47,465 nt of DNA from Planctomycetota bacterium. GTDB taxonomy: Bacteria > Planctomycetota > Planctomycetia > JALXBF01. The notes beneath the pieces are model-generated. The model saw nothing but the letters and a program-made list of their open reading frames with translations. It ran no database searches and was not told the DNA's origin. Location: contig JALXBF010000131.1 of assembly GCA_026991575.1 (NCBI GenBank), positions 1 through 47,465 of the forward strand. The letters are read 5' to 3'. Shown here piece by piece: positions 36,322 to 47,465 of the stretch. Every line of letters starts with the position of its first letter. The first letter of the stretch is position 1. The translations under genes and the position numbers were made by a program.

Positions 36322-37173
36322 CTACAGGGCACGCCGTTGCTTCAGCTCGCGGCTGAGCTGTTCCAGGCGATGTCGTTCGGCGCTGGTTAAACCGTCGATG
36401 CCTTTTTCCTGAACTTTGGCGAGTAACCGGTCGAGTTCTTCTTCGAGCTCTTCGGCGGGCGGCGGCGGTGGCACGACGCGGAGCCGCGGCCTCGGCCGGC
36501 TCATGCCACGCCACAGGCTGCGGGCCCAGTCGGCAAGCCGCAGGTCTTGCGCCTTGACCAATGCGCCCCAACCGGCTGCTGCCAAGCGAGCCAGCGCGAC
36601 GGGCAACAGCGCCTCTCGGGCAGCAGCCACGTTGAGCAGGTCGATGCCGACGTAGATGGCGACCAGCCACCGGATCTCAATGGGGAAAAGCCCGAAAAAG
36701 TAGATCCGGTGCCGCGGGTACCACATGGCGTAAATGACCAGCACAGACAGAATAGCCGTGGACGCGCCGGCCAGCGGTACGTCGGGCACTGCGGGTGAAA
36801 GCGACACCAGCAGTGCCGCAAGGCCCGCCACAAGGGCGGCCGTCACGTACGTGGCGACCAGGTTTGCGCTGCCGTAAAGCGATTCGACCTCACGGCCAAA
36901 CCACCACAGAAACAACATGTTCCACAGCAGTGCCCATGCGCCCCCAGCTGGCACAACCGGGTACGTGATCAACCGCCAGAGCTGTCCCGCACGCACCTCG
37001 GCAGGCAGCAGCACCAGGAGCTCGGCAAGGCCGCCACCCTGCAGCACGGTGAGTACAAACCCGGCTACGTGGATAACGATCAGGGCCACGGTGGCGGGGT
37101 AGGTATAACCGGCCGGCAGGCCACTCCGCACCACCGGCTCATTCCGGTAGTAGTCACGGTCCATCAAGCCCAT
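36322..37173 (-). CDS. Rhomboid-family membrane protein with C-terminal DUF6576-like domain (catalytic His apparently absent)
   Basis: MGLMDRDYYR start, QLWRLITY, NMLFLWWFGREVE, LAGAST, C-terminal LDRLLAKVQEKGIDGLTSAER. Confidence 0.82.
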   Translation of the reverse strand: MGLMDRDYYRNEPVVRSGLPAGYTYPATVALIVIHVAGFVLTVLQGGGLAELLVLLPAEVRAGQLWRLITYPVVPAGGAWALLWNMLFLWWFGREVESLYGSANLVATYVTAALVAGLAALLVSLSPAVPDVPLAGASTAILSVLVIYAMWYPRHRIYFFGLFPIEIRWLVAIYVGIDLLNVAAAREALLPVALARLAAAGWGALVKAQDLRLADWARSLWRGMSRPRPRLRVVPPPPPAEELEEELDRLLAKVQEKGIDGLTSAERHRLEQLSRELKQRRAL

Positions 37174-37203
37174 CGCGGTCCGCTCCCAGTCTGCTGCGCG
37201 ACA

Positions 37204-38262
37204 TCATAGCTCTCTATCTTGCTCGGGCGGGGTGGTGGTTTCAACGGGCTGGGTGCGTGAGGCATTGATGTCGTTGATCAGGCACCGCAGGCGGCCGAAG
37301 TTGCGGCGGTTGAAGTGCAACACCAGGCGTGTCAGGTGGCTGAGATACGGGTCGTCGGCCTCCTCCGGCAACGGACCTGTCTGCTCGATCTTGCCAGACA
37401 CAAGAATGTCCTTGTACCGCTCGTTCAGCTGTTCGAGCAAATCTGGTGAGATCGGCTGCTGGAGCCTCAACACGAGCCGTTCGCCCACGTAGCGCATGCT
37501 GTGGTACACCGAGTAGAACCGGAGGATCTCCTGCACGGCCTCATCGACGCTGTCTGTGACCAGGAACAGGTGGAGGTCTTCCGGCGAGATGTACTTGCGA
37601 TCCAGCAAGCAGTGTTGTACGTACCGCAGCCACTCACGCCAGTAGTCGCCGCCCGGTTCATCGACGAAGACGAGCGGGATGAGATCGCGTTTTCCGGTCT
37701 GGACCAGCGTCAGGACCTCGAAGGCTTCGTCCAGCGTACCAAAGCCACCCGGGAACAGCGCCACCGCGTGCGATTCCTTGACAAAGATCAGCTTGCGGGT
37801 GAAGAAGTACTTCAAGTGGACCAGCTTGCGGTCGCCGGCGATGATGTAGTTGGCGTTCTGTTCGAAGGGCAGCAGGATGTTGACGCCAAGCGATGCATCG
37901 CGACCCGCGCCGGCGTGGCCAGCCTCCATGATGCCCGTGGACGCCCCGGTGACGACCATCCAGCCGTGCTCAGCCATAGCGCGTCCGAAGAGGACCGCCT
38001 GCCGGTACGTGGGGCAATCGGCGGGGCAGCGGGCCGAACCGAAGACGGTCACCTTGCGCCGGGCACGGAAGGGCGCGAACACTTTAAACGCGTACCGCAG
38101 CTCCTTCAGGGCTCGGTGCAGGATCTTGATGTCGCCGCGGCTCGCACCGTCCTTCAGGAGCTTGTCCACTGTTTCATGCATCTCCGCAATGAGCTGCTCT
38201 TTGCTCACCGGGGTCCGTGCGGCACGAGCCGCGTTTGTCCCTCCAGGCAGCTTGTGGCTCAT
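37204..38262 (-). CDS. LOG family protein (TIGR00730-like, extended)
   Basis: [37 protein letters not shown]. Start at ATG 38262 or 38277. Confidence 0.9.
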   Translation of the reverse strand: MSHKLPGGTNAARAARTPVSKEQLIAEMHETVDKLLKDGASRGDIKILHRALKELRYAFKVFAPFRARRKVTVFGSARCPADCPTYRQAVLFGRAMAEHGWMVVTGASTGIMEAGHAGAGRDASLGVNILLPFEQNANYIIAGDRKLVHLKYFFTRKLIFVKESHAVALFPGGFGTLDEAFEVLTLVQTGKRDLIPLVFVDEPGGDYWREWLRYVQHCLLDRKYISPEDLHLFLVTDSVDEAVQEILRFYSVYHSMRYVGERLVLRLQQPISPDLLEQLNERYKDILVSGKIEQTGPLPEEADDPYLSHLTRLVLHFNRRNFGRLRCLINDINASRTQPVETTTPPEQDREL

Positions 38263-38440
38263 GGTGTTTCGTTCCATCTGAGCTGTCCTATCGAAACACG
38301 CCTTGCTGGCCGCTCGAGCGAGAGCATCCCTTTTCAAAGGTAGCTCCGGCGGAGCAGTTGGCCAGCGGATGAACCGAGAGGACCGACAGGCGACGGCTCT
38401 GAGCACCGGTACAAGTGATTGGAAGTTTCGGACCGCTAGG

Positions 38441-38468
38441 ATTATATGCCCGATGCCGGCAGACGCAA
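38441..38468 (-). promoter_or_regulatory. Sigma70-type promoter of the LOG gene
   Basis: Minus strand: TTGCGT, 16 bp, TATAAT. Confidence 0.55.
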
Positions 38469-38885
38469 TGCCGGTTCGCAGGGTCGGTTCAGGGGCCCGG
38501 TGGCGGACGTTCCTGTGCGACCCTGGGCTTCCCGGCGATGGTCGCGGCGCTTGGCCGGGCACACGCCAGCCTGTGAAGGCCCTGACGGCGACCAGCTTGC
38601 AGGCTCGGTCTGCCGCGCGCGACCGCCGCCAGAACCGCTCTGGCAAACAGCCGCGATCGCGGCTACGATTAGTTTGTCAGCTTTGCTGCGGTCTATCCGG
38701 GGGGTACCGGGCCGGGCATGCCCGGGGCAATGGTTGGTGCGCTTCCCGAACGGCCCGTCAGGACGTCATCTGTTGCCGCGAGGGTAGCCCACGCAAGGCG
38801 CGAGCCGGTCCCTGCCGGCGCCAAGTGGTTTCCGTCACGCCGTGGTGACGGCTGGACCCGACAGGGTTTTGTGGAGAAAGAGCGA

Positions 38886-40181
38886 ATGACCACAGCGGGC
38901 AAAATCCTCGCTGTCTTTTGCGGCTTGCTCGCCATCGTCTACCTTCTGCTCAGCGCGATGGTCCTGGAGCTGCGGCGCAACTGGGCTGAGCGGATCCGTC
39001 AGCAGCAGGATCAGATCGCCACGTTGGAGAAGCAGGCAGCCGAGTTGCGTGATGGCAAAGAGGATGCGCTGCAGGAGCTGGTCGACGCGCAGGCTGCGTT
39101 GCGCGAGGCCGTGGATGCTTACGCCGCTTCGGATGCGCATCAGCGGCTGATCGACGCTATGCAGCGCTGGCGCGACGCCGTGGCGGATCCCCAGGTGGCG
39201 CAGCTGCAGGAGGTCGAGGCGATCCGCCAGGAGCTCGAGCAGATTCACACCGAGCTAACCGAAGCGGCAAATCGGATCGAAGCAGCGTTCAACCGGCTAC
39301 TGCAGGCAGCTTCCAGACTGTCACGCTCGGACGGCGCGATGGGGATCCGCCAGATCCGCAACATGATCCCAATTCTCAACGACGCCCGGCTCATGGTCGA
39401 GGCACTGCGGACGGATCGTCAGCACACGTATCAAGCTCTGGCCAGTTTCTACGAGAATCAGCGGCTTTCGCTGTCGCGTCAAGTGCGGCAGTTGGAAACG
39501 GAAGCCCAGCGGGCGCGCGCGGAGATCGATCGGCTCGTTGAGCAGCTACGACCGTTGAACGAACTGCCGCTTGGCGAGGCAACCCTGCGCGAAGAACTCA
39601 AGGACCAGCCGGTCGTGATGCTGACCGCCGAGGACCTGGAGAAGCGGCCGAACAACGAGCTGCGCGAGCTGCTGCGTGACGACAAGCCCGGCGTTGAGGA
39701 GCTGTCGTTCCTGGAGCATGTTCGCGCCGTGTTGCAGCTCATGCAGCACGACATGGAGGGAATGAAGCAGTTGGTGGCCTCGCGCAAGCAGGCCGTGGCG
39801 CGCACGGAGGAGTCGGTCCAGCGGCTATTGACCGAGAACCGGGCACTGGTTTCGAGGGTGGCCTACCTGGAAAGCCAGATCGACGCCAAACAGGGACGTC
39901 CTACCGTCGTCGTCGCAGCGGACGGTTCGGTGCCAGAAGGCAGGATCGTGGAGGTGCGGGACGAGCAGTTCGAGGTGGTGGTGGACATTGGCTCGAACCA
40001 GGGATTACGCCCGGGGGTACGGCTGCATGTGTTCCGGACCGAGCCCCGGCCGGAGTACCTGGGCATGATCGAAATCCGCGAAGTGTCGGCACAACAGTCG
40101 GTGGGCGTGATCTTGCAGGCCTACCGCGACTTCGTCTTTCGACGGGGTGATCGGGTCGCTCCCATCATCACACGCCGCTGA
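38886..40181 (+). CDS. Membrane-anchored long coiled-coil protein with C-terminal beta domain
   Basis: N-terminal TM (GKILAVFCGLLAIVYLLLSAMV), about 290 aa of heptad-rich Q/E/R/L/A sequence, C-terminal GRIVEV..VVVDIGSNQGLRPGVRLHVFR. Confidence 0.8.
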   Translation: MTTAGKILAVFCGLLAIVYLLLSAMVLELRRNWAERIRQQQDQIATLEKQAAELRDGKEDALQELVDAQAALREAVDAYAASDAHQRLIDAMQRWRDAVADPQVAQLQEVEAIRQELEQIHTELTEAANRIEAAFNRLLQAASRLSRSDGAMGIRQIRNMIPILNDARLMVEALRTDRQHTYQALASFYENQRLSLSRQVRQLETEAQRARAEIDRLVEQLRPLNELPLGEATLREELKDQPVVMLTAEDLEKRPNNELRELLRDDKPGVEELSFLEHVRAVLQLMQHDMEGMKQLVASRKQAVARTEESVQRLLTENRALVSRVAYLESQIDAKQGRPTVVVAADGSVPEGRIVEVRDEQFEVVVDIGSNQGLRPGVRLHVFRTEPRPEYLGMIEIREVSAQQSVGVILQAYRDFVFRRGDRVAPIITRR

Positions 40182-40363
40182 TGGTACGCTCGGTGCGGAC
40201 GTTCCCCCTCGGTCGGCTGACATGGTAACGGGTCGGTTAACCCGCTGTGCTATGCTACTGAGTGCCTTCGGGCCGGCGGCCCGTTGCGCGCTGTCTTCGT
40301 AGGCACCGACATGGGCCCGATTGCCGCGGCGGTGGCGTTCCTTCCCCAGATTCCTCCGGTCAC

Positions 40364-40392
40364 TTGCGCGTATTCCTTGCCACAGCTATAAT
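40364..40392 (+). promoter_or_regulatory. Sigma70-type promoter of the TPR-alphaCTD/tgt unit
   Basis: TTGCGC, 17 bp, TATAAT. Confidence 0.65.
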
Positions 40393-40431
40393 TCCGCGTC
40401 ATTTACGGAGTGGATGCGACGGAGCCAGCCG

Positions 40432-42914
<2,483 letters not shown>

Positions 42915-43094
42915 CTCTGACCAGCTGAGCCAGCTCATAGGCTCCCCCCGGCAGCACGCGCCGCCCACTGTGGTCGGTGACTCCTTCGTCAGCCGCCTGC
43001 GGACGGCTTGGGCGCGTGAGCCGGCTGCCTATAATCGAAAGCTTGGACAACAGGAACCGCTTCGATTCCGTGGCGTCTCTGCCGGAAGTCCCCG

Positions 43095-43487
43095 ATGGCG
43101 ATGCTGGTTGACTGGCTTACGAACGTCGCGCAAGCGAATCAGGGCGCCGAAGGGGCACCACCGCCTGCGTGGCTGACCATGCTGATTATGTTCGGCCCGA
43201 TCGTGGTGCTCTTCTATCTGCTGATCTTGCGGCCGGAACGCAAGCGGCAGCAGGAGCGACGGCGCATGCTGGAATCGCTCCGTAAGAATGTTCGGGTCGT
43301 CACCGTCGGGGGCATCAAGGGGGTTGTGACTAGGGTTAAGGAAGAGGAGGACGAGGTTGAGATCAGAGTGGACGAGAACACCGGAACGAAACTCCGTGTC
43401 ACCAAGTCTAGCATCGCCTGGGTGGAAACGCCCAAGGACGAGACCAAGGAGCCGGAGAAAAAGGATTCGAAGGCGGGGAAGCGATAG
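43095..43487 (+). CDS. yajC: Preprotein translocase subunit YajC
   Basis: FYLLILRPERKRQ, VVTVGGIKGVV; lies between tgt and secD. Confidence 0.92.
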   Translation: MAMLVDWLTNVAQANQGAEGAPPPAWLTMLIMFGPIVVLFYLLILRPERKRQQERRRMLESLRKNVRVVTVGGIKGVVTRVKEEEDEVEIRVDENTGTKLRVTKSSIAWVETPKDETKEPEKKDSKAGKR

Positions 43488-43833
43488 GGGTATTGCCGAG
43501 CCGACCGAGCCAGGTGCGTGACCGGGCACGCTGTGTGCGAACCGGTTCGCGCTGTGGACCGCAGCGTTCCCTAGTTCTCAGCACCCGTCCCATGTGCGGA
43601 CGAGCCGGGCAGTCCTTGGCCGCAAGGGCCCCGTTCGAAGCCGAGCGATCGATCGGCTGCCCGTCGTGTCCGCCTTCGTGCACCGCGGCGGACTGGCCCG
43701 CTGCTGTAGCGCCTGTCAGGGCCGGCTGGCGTCGTCGCGGACCAGGCTTGAAGCAATCGTAGAATTGCGTCAAACTGCACCCAGAAGCTGGTTTGCCAGA
43801 GGTTGGCTTCGTGCAAGCGGTGGCAGGTGATCC

Positions 43834-46674
43834 ATGCAGAAGTATGCTGGCCGAATCCTCGTCGTAGCGATCGTCACCATCCTGGCGTTCCTCGGCGCGT
43901 GGCCGCCCTATGACCCGGATGGCCCCGGGCCACGCCGGGGGAAGTTGAAGCTGGGTATCGACCTATCGGGTGGGACGATCCTGGTGTATGAGATCAAGAA
44001 GGAGCGGCTCGAGCAGGCGGCCATCGACATGGACCACCTGGTCGCCGCGCTCCAGAAGCGCATCAACCCGACCGGCACGCTCGATATCGCCATCCGGCCG
44101 ATCGGCGTCAACCGGATCGAGATCGTACTGCCCCAGGCTGATCCGCAGACGGTCGAGGACGTTAAGCAGCGGATTACGGCACTGGGGCGGCTGGAGTTCC
44201 GCATCCTGGCTACCGATCGCGAGACACACCCAGATCAGATCCGTAGAGCGCAAGAGCTGTTTCCAGAGACCGGCTCGCCTAATCTGGAGTGGCTCCCGGT
44301 GCACGACCCGGAGAACTTCTCACCGCCGCCACGCGCGGTGGTCCATCGCGAAGGAGACGAGCTCTATGTGCTGACCAGGATTCCCGACCCAACCATGCGA
44401 GTCACCGGCGAGGATCTCGTCCGCGTGTACCGCACCGAGGACGAAAACTTCCGGCCTGCCGTGGGCTTTGAACTGGATGCCGATGGAGCGTACCGGTTCG
44501 GCCTGCTGACCGGAAAGTATCGCCCTGACCCTCAGGGTAATGAGTGGGCCCTGGCAATTATCCTGGACGGCAAGGTGATGTCTGCGCCCGTGATCCGAAC
44601 CAAGATCACGTCGCGCGGTCAGATCACGGGGCAGTTTACCGATCGCGAAGTCGATAACCTGATCGCCATTCTGGACGCCGGCCAGTTGCCTGCGACGTTG
44701 ATCCCCGAGCCGATCAGCGAGGACACGATCGGGCCGACCCTCGGTGCTGACACCATTGCGATGGGCAAACGGGCGATCGCAATTGCCATGATCGTCGTGC
44801 CGATCTTCATGGTCATCTACTACCGCCTGATCGGACTCATCGCGGTGGTTGGCCTGTTCCTGAATCTACTGATCATCCTAGGCGTGCTCGGCTGGATCAA
44901 GGCAACGTTTACGCTGCCCGGCCTCGCCGGACTGGCGTTGACCGTTGGTATGGCCGTGGATGCGAACATCCTGATTTTCGAGCGAATCCGTGAGGAACGC
45001 GAGCGCGGCGCGACGATTGCCTCAGCAGTCCGTAACGGCTTTGGCCGGGCATTCATCACGATCCTCGACGCCAACGTCACGACAATCATCACCGCCTGGA
45101 TCCTGTATGTCATCGGTACCGACCACGTCCGGGGTTTCGGCCTGACGCTCATGATCGGCCTACTGGCCAACCTGTTCACGGCTATCTATGTTTCCAGGCT
45201 TTTCTTCGACCTGGCCATCGAGTATCGCATTCTGCGGAAACTCTCGATGCCGCGGCTGTTCAAGCTGCCGCAGATCGACTTTCTGGCCTACCGCCGTTTC
45301 GGCTATGCGGTGTCGCTGACGTTGATTGCCATCGGTCTGGTAGCTACGGCGGCCCGTGGCCGTGACCTGCTGGATATTGAATTCACGGGAGGCTCGGCGA
45401 TCGGCTTCAAGCTCAAAGAGCCGATGGCGACGGCCGAGGTACGCCGCATCGCGGAATCACGCCCCGAACTGACGGACGTCCGCGTCGAGGTGCTGCGGTC
45501 ACCCGACCAGCCGGCTACCGAAGAAGCTGACCGCTTCTTGCTGCGCACGACCAACACGGACACCAATGCTGTGAAGCAGGCGGTGCTGGAGGCGTTTGGG
45601 GACAAGTTGGCCCGGATCGAAGTGGTGGACTACCGGGTTCAGGGCGAACAAGAGCAGCAGGGCGACGGGGCTGCATCCGGCGAACAGTCCGGCAACGAAA
45701 AGCAGGAAACAGAGGACAGCTCTGCCGCCGGTACAACCGGCAGTTCTGAGCCCGACCGGCCGCGGAATCCGAAGTTTAAACACCATGCGATCCTGCGACT
45801 GGCGAGCTTCGGAGAGGTACCGATCTCGGTCGTACGCCGCCACCTGGATCGCATCCTGCAAGAGCGCGACATCGATAACCCGCCGCTTCATTACGAGCTG
45901 AGGGTGCTAGAGACAGGCCCGATTCCTGAGGAGCTGCGCAGCAAAGTTGCAGGCGACACGCTCACGGTCATCTCCATCTGGTCGGATCTGGAACTGTCCG
46001 AGATCCTGCCGGCGTTGGCAGAGGCGATCGAAGCGGACGTCGCGTTCGAGCGGGTTGAGCGGTTCGATTCGCAGGTCGCAAACGAAGCCAAGCTGCAGGC
46101 GACGCTGGCAATCGTAATCAGCTGGGCGGCTATTATCGCTTACCTCTGGCTGCGCTTCCGCAACATCACCTTCGGACTGGCTGCCGTGCTTGCGCTGATC
46201 CACGATGTCCTCGTCACGCTGGGCTTCGTGGCACTGGCCGGTTACCTGGCTCACGTTCCGCTGTTGGAACGTCTGCTCCTGCTTGATCCGTTCAAGATCG
46301 ACCTGGCCATGATTGCCGCGTTCCTGACCATCGTCGGGTATTCGGTCAACGATACGATCGTCATCTTCGATCGCGTGCGCGAGCTTCGAGGACGATCGCC
46401 GTACATCACCGAGGACATGGTCAACAAGGCCATTAACCAGACGTTAGGGCGCACCATCCTGACCAGCTTCACCACCTTGCTGGTCGCCATTATCCTCTAC
46501 GTGGTTGGCGGGCCGGGTATCCATGGCTTTGCATACGCGATGGTTGTGGGCACGATTACCGGTACGTACAGTACCGTCTTCGTGGCCTCGCCCGCGCTGT
46601 TCTACCTGCCGGGGGCCAGTCTTCTGGTACAGTCCAAAGCGCGCGCTCCGAAGCCGGTCGGAGCTGGTGCGTAG
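43834..46674 (+). CDS. secDF: Fused protein translocase subunit SecDF
   Basis: KLGIDLSGG, IGPTLGAD, GMAVDANILIFERIREE, DIEFTGG, GYSVNDTIVIFDRVRE. Confidence 0.95.
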   Translation: MQKYAGRILVVAIVTILAFLGAWPPYDPDGPGPRRGKLKLGIDLSGGTILVYEIKKERLEQAAIDMDHLVAALQKRINPTGTLDIAIRPIGVNRIEIVLPQADPQTVEDVKQRITALGRLEFRILATDRETHPDQIRRAQELFPETGSPNLEWLPVHDPENFSPPPRAVVHREGDELYVLTRIPDPTMRVTGEDLVRVYRTEDENFRPAVGFELDADGAYRFGLLTGKYRPDPQGNEWALAIILDGKVMSAPVIRTKITSRGQITGQFTDREVDNLIAILDAGQLPATLIPEPISEDTIGPTLGADTIAMGKRAIAIAMIVVPIFMVIYYRLIGLIAVVGLFLNLLIILGVLGWIKATFTLPGLAGLALTVGMAVDANILIFERIREERERGATIASAVRNGFGRAFITILDANVTTIITAWILYVIGTDHVRGFGLTLMIGLLANLFTAIYVSRLFFDLAIEYRILRKLSMPRLFKLPQIDFLAYRRFGYAVSLTLIAIGLVATAARGRDLLDIEFTGGSAIGFKLKEPMATAEVRRIAESRPELTDVRVEVLRSPDQPATEEADRFLLRTTNTDTNAVKQAVLEAFGDKLARIEVVDYRVQGEQEQQGDGAASGEQSGNEKQETEDSSAAGTTGSSEPDRPRNPKFKHHAILRLASFGEVPISVVRRHLDRILQERDIDNPPLHYELRVLETGPIPEELRSKVAGDTLTVISIWSDLELSEILPALAEAIEADVAFERVERFDSQVANEAKLQATLAIVISWAAIIAYLWLRFRNITFGLAAVLALIHDVLVTLGFVALAGYLAHVPLLERLLLLDPFKIDLAMIAAFLTIVGYSVNDTIVIFDRVRELRGRSPYITEDMVNKAINQTLGRTILTSFTTLLVAIILYVVGGPGIHGFAYAMVVGTITGTYSTVFVASPALFYLPGASLLVQSKARAPKPVGAGA

Positions 46675-46949
46675 CTGTATCCCCGCGGCGCGGGATGACC
46701 GGGCGTCCGGGCGGGTTCCGGCGTGCTGGGCCGTGGGCTGGACCGGGTGAGCTCGGACAACGTCGGCGGTACCCTATGGACTGGCGTTGCGAAAGTTGGG
46801 GCACCGCAGGGCTGCTCAACGTACGTACGCGCTCACGGCAGGCGCACAGGCAGCAGGAATACCCGGCCGGCGTCGTTCCCCTGGTGGGGCCTCGAGCACA
46901 CCATCGTCAGTCGCCATGGCCGACAGGACCGTCGTTCGTTGGATCAACC

Positions 46950-47465
46950 TCAAACGGTCCGACGGGCCAGCAACAGCTCCAGGTACGAGCGGCGCTCGGT
47001 ACTCGTAAGGCGAAGGGCGGCAGCCAGCCTCAGAAGCGCATCCCGAGCGCGGGCTACCTCTGCCTCGGCCACATGCGCCTCCAGTTCCGTGTACGTTCCC
47101 AGCCCCTGCACGATGTCAATGGAAAGCAGCACCGGGTAGCCCTCCCAGGTTAGCCGGAACAGCCGGCGCTCCTTGCGCACCTCCATCACCGGCCGGAAAC
47201 CGAGTGCCTCAAGCAGTGCGGTAGCAGTCTGTTCGGGCTGCTGCCCGGCCAGGGCCAATTCAATCTCCCGTCTGGTCTTCGACTGCGCATCGATCTTCGG
47301 CCCCTTGTACGTCAGACTGGCCTCGTGGCCGATCTTCCGCACTCGGAGGGCCTCGTCGGTCTTGGCGAAATCGCGCGCCGGATGGCTGAAGTAGATGTCA
47401 AGCTCTTCGCGGATGCCCACCGGTTCGGCCCCGATTTCCTCCAGCAGAGACGTGAAGGCGGTCAC
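46950..47465 (-). CDS. cyaB: Class IV adenylate cyclase/CYTH protein (5' end outside window)
   Basis: DIYFSHPARDFAKTDEALRVR, TYKGPK, VRKER, GLGTYTELE, SYLELL. The N-terminal ExExK motif is not in the window. Confidence 0.85.
   Translation of the reverse strand: MTAFTSLLEEIGAEPVGIREELDIYFSHPARDFAKTDEALRVRKIGHEASLTYKGPKIDAQSKTRREIELALAGQQPEQTATALLEALGFRPVMEVRKERRLFRLTWEGYPVLLSIDIVQGLGTYTELEAHVAEAEVARARDALLRLAAALRLTSTERRSYLELLLARRTV

Noticed and set aside
38278..38440. ZTP-riboswitch-like GCCGTCGCCTG in the LOG leader
   Set aside because: The matching 5' conserved elements and pseudoknot partner are absent.
43493..43762. Possible secretion-monitor arrest peptide upstream of secDF
   Set aside because: No signal/TM segment, no RBS and no C-terminal RAPP/RAGP-type motif; only chance-like RAPF and RGPG.

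Overview
GC-rich bacterial chromosomal window, very probably from a Planctomycete: it has a DUF1559 prepilin/H-X9-DG gene, a TPR+alphaCTD protein, a Tat-exported Gfo/Idh/MocA enzyme and a fused SecDF. It may be thermophilic, given a Thermus-like TrmFO and a family-5 UDG. Left end: a tightly coupled minus-strand operon (Cys-motif lipoprotein, DUF1559, signal-peptide-bearing CobN/ChlH-like chelatase that runs off the window and is missing from the ORF track). Then lptB, larC, lpdA, a TetR-regulated RND pump, trmFO, mobB, tRNA-Arg(UCG), tRNA-Val(CAC), a DUF1445 protein, a DASS permease, a GT-C glycosyltransferase, an orphan histidine kinase, udgB, a czcBAC-type efflux system, an esterase, STAS, Nudix, rhomboid-like and LOG genes, a coiled-coil protein, the TPR-alphaCTDx2 gene with tgt, yajC and secDF, and a partial cyaB. 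No CRISPR array, integrase or transposase was seen. Best candidates for new biology: (1) the DUF1559-linked exported chelatase operon, a possible tetrapyrrole/metal salvage system; (2) the TPR + tandem alphaCTD protein; (3) a ~200-nt highly structured intergenic element at 19047-19241; (4) a protamine-like charge-polarised protein; (5) a rhomboid lacking its catalytic His. All family calls come from manual motif recognition; no database searches were run.
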